Below are positions 59,373-64,000 of a stretch of DNA of 64,000 nt, piece by piece. This DNA comes from an uncultured Hormoscilla sp. Lineage in GTDB: Bacteria; Cyanobacteriota; Cyanobacteriia; Cyanobacteriales; Desertifilaceae. The translations under genes were made by a program, and so were the position numbers. Under the pieces are notes generated by a model. The model had not been told where the DNA came from. It saw only the letters and a program-made list of their open reading frames with translations, and did not search any database. The stretch is taken from NCBI GenBank assembly GCA_963921275.4, contig OZ001293.3, positions 1,120,001-1,184,000 on the forward strand. The letters are read 5' to 3'. Each line of letters opens with the position of its first letter. The stretch's first letter is position 1.

Positions 59373-59877
59373 TTACCTCAAGTGAGGCGATCGCACTTTT
59401 ACCTGTTGGGTTTCATGCTTCCACCCAACCTACAATATAGGCGATCGCTGATGCTACCAATGATTAACGTTTTTGTTATATAATGATTATCCTACCTACT
59501 TAGAGCTAATTTAAAATGCAACAAAACTGGTTAAAAGTCGAACAATTAAAAGCGATAGCCGCGATCGCACTTTCTTTGATTATTTTGGCGATCGCCCCGA
59601 TTTTTATCAAATTACTTGAAGGCGAAATCGGTACCAACGCTACTATTTTCAACCGTCTTTGGGGTGCTGCAATTATTTTTGGATTTTGGAGTGGACTTTC
59701 GAGAATTAAAAGTCAAAAAGCCAACTCCTCCAAAGAGACCAGGAAAAAAGACTATCTACTTTTATGGGTGCATCTCAGTTAGGCGATGAGTATATTTACT
59801 CAGCACAAGTGGATTTACTGAGTCTGATTAGGCAACTAATGCGCCATTCAGGTAGGCACAGCGATGCTTCAACACCT

Positions 59878-61624
59878 ACGGTCCGCGGACGGCCCGAAAA
59901 ATCGGCACATTCTCGGCTCGCCATTGTGCCCCCGGTAATTTCACCCTTAACCCAATTTGTTTCACCAGGGACTCAACCCGACCAGAGCCAATCGAGTGCC
60001 GAGCTGCCTGCCCGTTCGCGCAGCGGCCCGACGCCAGGAGGGCTAGCCTGGTAGTCAATGATGCGCGTCTGATGGTGCTTCAAGTAGTTGATCAACCCTG
60101 TGGCTCCCCGACATTGCTGTTGGCGCAGATAACTAATCGCCCTCTGGGTCTCCCCTCGCCACAGGAGTGCACGGTCCGCGGACGGCCCGAAAAATCGGAT
60201 CTGCACGGTCCGCGGACGGCCCGAAAAATCGGATTGAGCCGGTGTCCCTTGCACCTTATTGGCATTTTCCATTAGGTGATACCAATCGAGCACTTCGATA
60301 CGTTGTTCTGGTGTCCCGATACCACTGAAAATGTTCCACACCCCATCATGACCATCTCCGAGACCGGTGAACTGCGCCCCTAGGGGCTGGGCATTCACCC
60401 ACTCAAGCAGCCCTTGATTATCCTTGAAGAAAGCCACACTGCCTTGCTCATGGACATTTAAGGCTTTGTATTCTCGCCACTCACCAGGTTGACCCTCCAC
60501 GGTCCGCGGACGGCCCGAAAAATCGGTACGAAGGCGAATCATGCCGCCATCCAAGCTGAGCTCCTGAATCGGTTCAGCTATCTCGGTCGGGGTCGAGCTG
60601 GTACTCACGTACCAACCCTCCAAGAGCGAAACCTGAAGAGCGACTTTTACCGCACACGGCTACTGGTTGGTAAGCTGCTGTCATCAGTAGGATTACTGGG
60701 GGTTACCCCCGTTGTCCCTTACCCTTTGAAATTTTACCCCTTATGGTCAATCCTATTGGACCGTTTAAGTACTTAGCTCCGGAAGGTTCGCGGAGGATAG
60801 TTCAGCAAACCATACTCGCCGCTCTTTACTAACATCTTCCCCATTCTGCTTTCCGCTTTTCGTAGGGGCTCTGAACTTTACCTGGCTAAGATTTGAATCC
60901 AAGATTCGTACTTTTGGAATTTCTTCCTAGTTCTGTGACATTAAGGTTACTTTTCCCAAGGGTGTCTTACCATATCCGTCCTACGTCTGCATATCCACAA
61001 GCATTACCCCGGGCGTTGGCTTCTTAGGACATCCTTCCTCTTCGTGGCTTGCGCTTTACATCTAACTTGTCCAAATGGGGACAGCTCACGAGAGGTTACT
61101 CCGTTCCCTGGTATCATTTCGCGATGCTTTTAGGTTCCTACTATACCCCGAGAGTTCTTTGAGTACGTTATTAGCCAGAGGCAAGAGCTAATACTAACTA
61201 CCATTTCCCTTTTTGGGCAAGCGCATAAGCCTTCTTCCGCTGGTTCTGGTTAACGAGGTTTACATAGGTTCGCTTGTTCTAACCATTAACATCTTTCCTA
61301 GCGGCGTCACCGGCTTAGGCTGCCAGTTATCCTACATTTAAGTCCTCGCTCCACACCACGGTGATGTGACTCCGCAGCACCTCCGACCGGTAGTACCCTC
61401 GACCCCCGTACCTGGGGAAGGGGAATTTAACCCCCATGATAACCAGAGTTATCTGGCTGATAGAGCCAGACCCGACTTTCACCTACTGGCTTATGCCGGA
61501 ACGAATCGCACTACCTCAGACCAGTCCTCTCGTTGAACAAAGCGTTGGAGCGTACTGTGGGAGATGCTCACCCCAGTCAGCATCGCGAGATCTTTTACGG
61601 TCCGCGGACGGCCCGAAAAATCGG
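59878..61624. repeat. Five identical 28-nt repeats ACGGTCCGCGGACGGCCCGAAAAATCGG (59878, 60171, 60205, 60499, 61597)
   Basis: Direct reading; all lie within the transposase gene. Confidence 0.92.
60585..61511 (-). mobile_element. ORF-less group II intron I14 (927 nt), sense in the transposase
   Basis: GTGCGATTCG...CTCGACCCCGACC. Removal gives in-frame REDWSEV|EIAEPIQ. EBS1 TGCCTC pairs with exon end GAGGTA. Confidence 0.93.
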
Positions 61625-62808
61625 CTCTCTGGTAAGAGGCATTGGCACTGACGACCCAACAACATTTTTCCACATACGGACTCCAACGAGTTCCCGGTTT
61701 AACTTGCAGTTGTTGGGCTTGAGCAGTGGTGAGGGTTAGTTTGCCCAGGATACTGGTCAGGGTGCGCTGTTTTCCGGTGCGGCGGGAAGTCGCCGTGTTG
61801 ATAAAAAAATTCCTAGTTGAGGCCAGACGTGTTCTTGGGCAAGCGCACGAACGTTTTTCTCAATGCCTTCAAGGGTGGTGAGTTCAGTGGGGTCGGCTTC
61901 CTGGTAGAGAATCGCGGCAATCGCGTCAAGATGTTGCTGGAGTTCAGCCTGCTTTTGGGAGTTCATGGGTCAAGGGTGGTCAACAGTGCCTAAATTATGT
62001 ACCGTTTTGAGGGATACAAGCACTAAGTATAATTACTCATCGCCTAACTGAGATGTACCCACTTTTATTACTCGCCGGTTTCCTTTTCTGGGCTTCCCAA
62101 ACCTCTTGGGCTTGGTCTCTCCCTCGCACTTCCGTGGCCATTTCCGAACTCTTACATAATTTTACCCCCATCTTTGTCATTTTAGGAGGGTGGCTCCTAG
62201 GCGGACAACGATTCAATGTTCAATTTTTACTCGGAACGGCACTCTCAATTATTGGTTCTTGTCTCATCGGTATCGAACATTTATCTCATTCATCCGATCG
62301 AATTCAAGGCGATCTTGCTGCTCTTCTATCCGCAGCTTTCTTAGGAGGGTATATGCTCGTTGGAGAAACGCTTTGTTATAAATTATCGACGGTCACAATT
62401 ATGTTTTGGGTTTGCACTGCGGGAACGGTTTTCAGTATCCCCGTCCTACTGATTGCAGGGATGCAATCGTTTCCAGAATCTGTCCAAGGATGGATTTTTG
62501 CAGTTTCTTTAATCCTCACAATGGTCTTGGGGCAAGGATTTTTCTTGTATGGAGTCGAACGCTTGGGGGCGAGTTTGGCTGCCGTTCTTTTTTGGCTCCT
62601 TCCCGCTATTACCGAGATCGCCGCTTGGCTCGTTTTTTCAGAAATATTGAGTTATTTGGATTGGGGAGCAATGGCAATTGTTTTACTCGGGGTTTATTTG
62701 GCAATTTCGACGCGATCGCAACCCGCGCCCGAATTAAATGAGGAAATTGCTTCGGCAAATTAGAAATACGATTAAAGCGGGTTTGGGCTTTGTAACCTTC
62801 TGGATAGA

Positions 62809-63669
62809 TTATCCAGCAAATTGGTAGGTAGTAAGGCCAGGCACAGTTGTCTTTAAGCGAAACAAATCCCCTGCCAACGGTTGCTTATGCTTGCCTGCTT
62901 CTCCCAACGCCGCACAAGCCGATGTAATGTATAATTCATCCAAGTTTGCTCCCCCGAAGGTACAACTGGTAGGGCATTCGACAGGCATTTCAACTTGGCG
63001 TTCTAGTTTGCCTTCCGGATCGTAGCGCGTGATGCGCCAACCACCCCACCATGCACTCCAAATAAAGCCCTCCCTGTCTACGGTTAAGCCATCAGGTAAA
63101 CCAGCGCTATCATCATGCACAAAAACGCGCCGGTTCGCGATCGTGCCTGGGACAGCATCATAATCGTAGGCGTAAATGGTATGTCGCAGGGTATCGGTGA
63201 AATACAGGGTTTGGTTGTCCGGACTCCACCCGATACCATTGGCCATGCCGATCCCATCTTCCATCATCTGTACGGAACCATCAGGGTCAAATCGGTATAA
63301 AGCATTATGATAACTATCCCCTAAAGTTCCCGCCCAAAAACGCCCATAACGGTCTACTTTGTCATCATTAAAGCGCGTTTGGGGTTTATGGGCTTCTGGA
63401 TCGGCAATGCATTGTAGTGAGGATGTGGCATCATCCCAAAAAGCAAACCCTTTTTGAGTCGCCATGATGATACCATCACCAGCGCGAAAGGCAACCGATC
63501 CTACTGGTAGTCCCACTTCAAAGCGTTCGTGCTTTCCTGTAGCAGGGTCAAATTTGAGAAAACATTGGCCATCAATATCCACCCAATACAATACTTGCTC
63601 TTCGGGCTGCCATATTGGTCCTTCCCCCAAGGTATTTTTGATGGCTAAAACATGCTCGATTTGATTCAT
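62809..63669 (-). CDS. SMP-30/gluconolactonase/LRE family protein
   Basis: LGEGPIW, RFND, NGIGWSPD and PDGLTVD. Confidence 0.92.
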   Translation of the reverse strand: MNQIEHVLAIKNTLGEGPIWQPEEQVLYWVDIDGQCFLKFDPATGKHERFEVGLPVGSVAFRAGDGIIMATQKGFAFWDDATSSLQCIADPEAHKPQTRFNDDKVDRYGRFWAGTLGDSYHNALYRFDPDGSVQMMEDGIGMANGIGWSPDNQTLYFTDTLRHTIYAYDYDAVPGTIANRRVFVHDDSAGLPDGLTVDREGFIWSAWWGGWRITRYDPEGKLERQVEMPVECPTSCTFGGANLDELYITSACAALGEAGKHKQPLAGDLFRLKTTVPGLTTYQFAG

Positions 63670-64000
63670 CGTTTGGTTCTTAACAACGGGTTCATCTCAA
63701 TTGTGCAAGGGCGCTAAGTAGTTCGTAGTTCGTAGTTCGTAGTTCGTAGTTATTTTCAAATCCTCTGATCTCCAACTACCTTAGGGTTTCAACCTGTATT
63801 ACATCATTACAGGATGTGCAGTTTAAATGCGCGACAGCTTAGCGCTACGGGCACTTCATAAAAGGGTAGTGCCCGATCGGGCACTACCCTAAACGCCCCG
63901 GAGGCTAGATTTGCTTCTATGAAATGCACTCCTTAACAACAGGCTCTACTTCAATCCCAAGGTTCTTCGGCAGATATTGTGCTTTGCGAGCCCAAGCCTC

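Larger units (their letters stand above)
59766..62060 (-). mobile_element. ISKra4-family insertion sequence containing intron I14 and micro-insertions
   Basis: IR GGGTGCATCTCAGTTAGGCGATGAG / CTCATCGCCTAACTGAGATGTACCC and 8-bp TSD ACTTTTAT. LDGGMIR, LGDGHDGVW, LDWYHL and IGSGRVES motifs. Confidence 0.92.
59516..62763 (+). pseudogene. EamA/DMT transporter interrupted by ISKra4
   Basis: Hydrophobic EamA-like halves at 59516-59765 and 62061-62763. Confidence 0.82.

Noticed and set aside
59878..61624. 28-nt identical repeats as a CRISPR array
   Set aside because: Spacing is irregular (6 to >1000 nt) and the intervening DNA is continuous transposase coding sequence.

Overview
Cyanobacterial DNA, judged from abundant HIP1 GCGATCGC in host genes, heme oxygenase, desaturases, XisI, Uma2 and heptamer repeats, with a very high load of mobile elements. 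I count 14 group II introns. Five carry an RT-maturase-HNH ORF, but only the 25513-27291 ORF is uninterrupted. Nine are ORF-less (about 830-945 nt). Apart from one identical pair, each ORF-less intron has its own EBS1, which pairs with its own 5' flank, and all end 4 nt after domain VI (GACC, GACT, ATCC, GATC or TAAT), usually not in the textbook AY. The introns are nested up to three deep in one another, in IS elements and in a biosynthetic gene. The window also holds degraded IS4, ISAzo13, IS1 and ISKra4 elements, MITEs and 22-28 nt micro-insertions. Other content: a cobalamin riboswitch with hupE/DUF1636/cobW, two TA modules, desD/pfkA/era, an ABC exporter, a damaged A-T-R NRPS cluster bracketed by a duplicated gene end, and a Menshen-like DUF262/ATPase/effector operon. 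All calls come from reading the sequence by eye; no database searches or folding programs were run.
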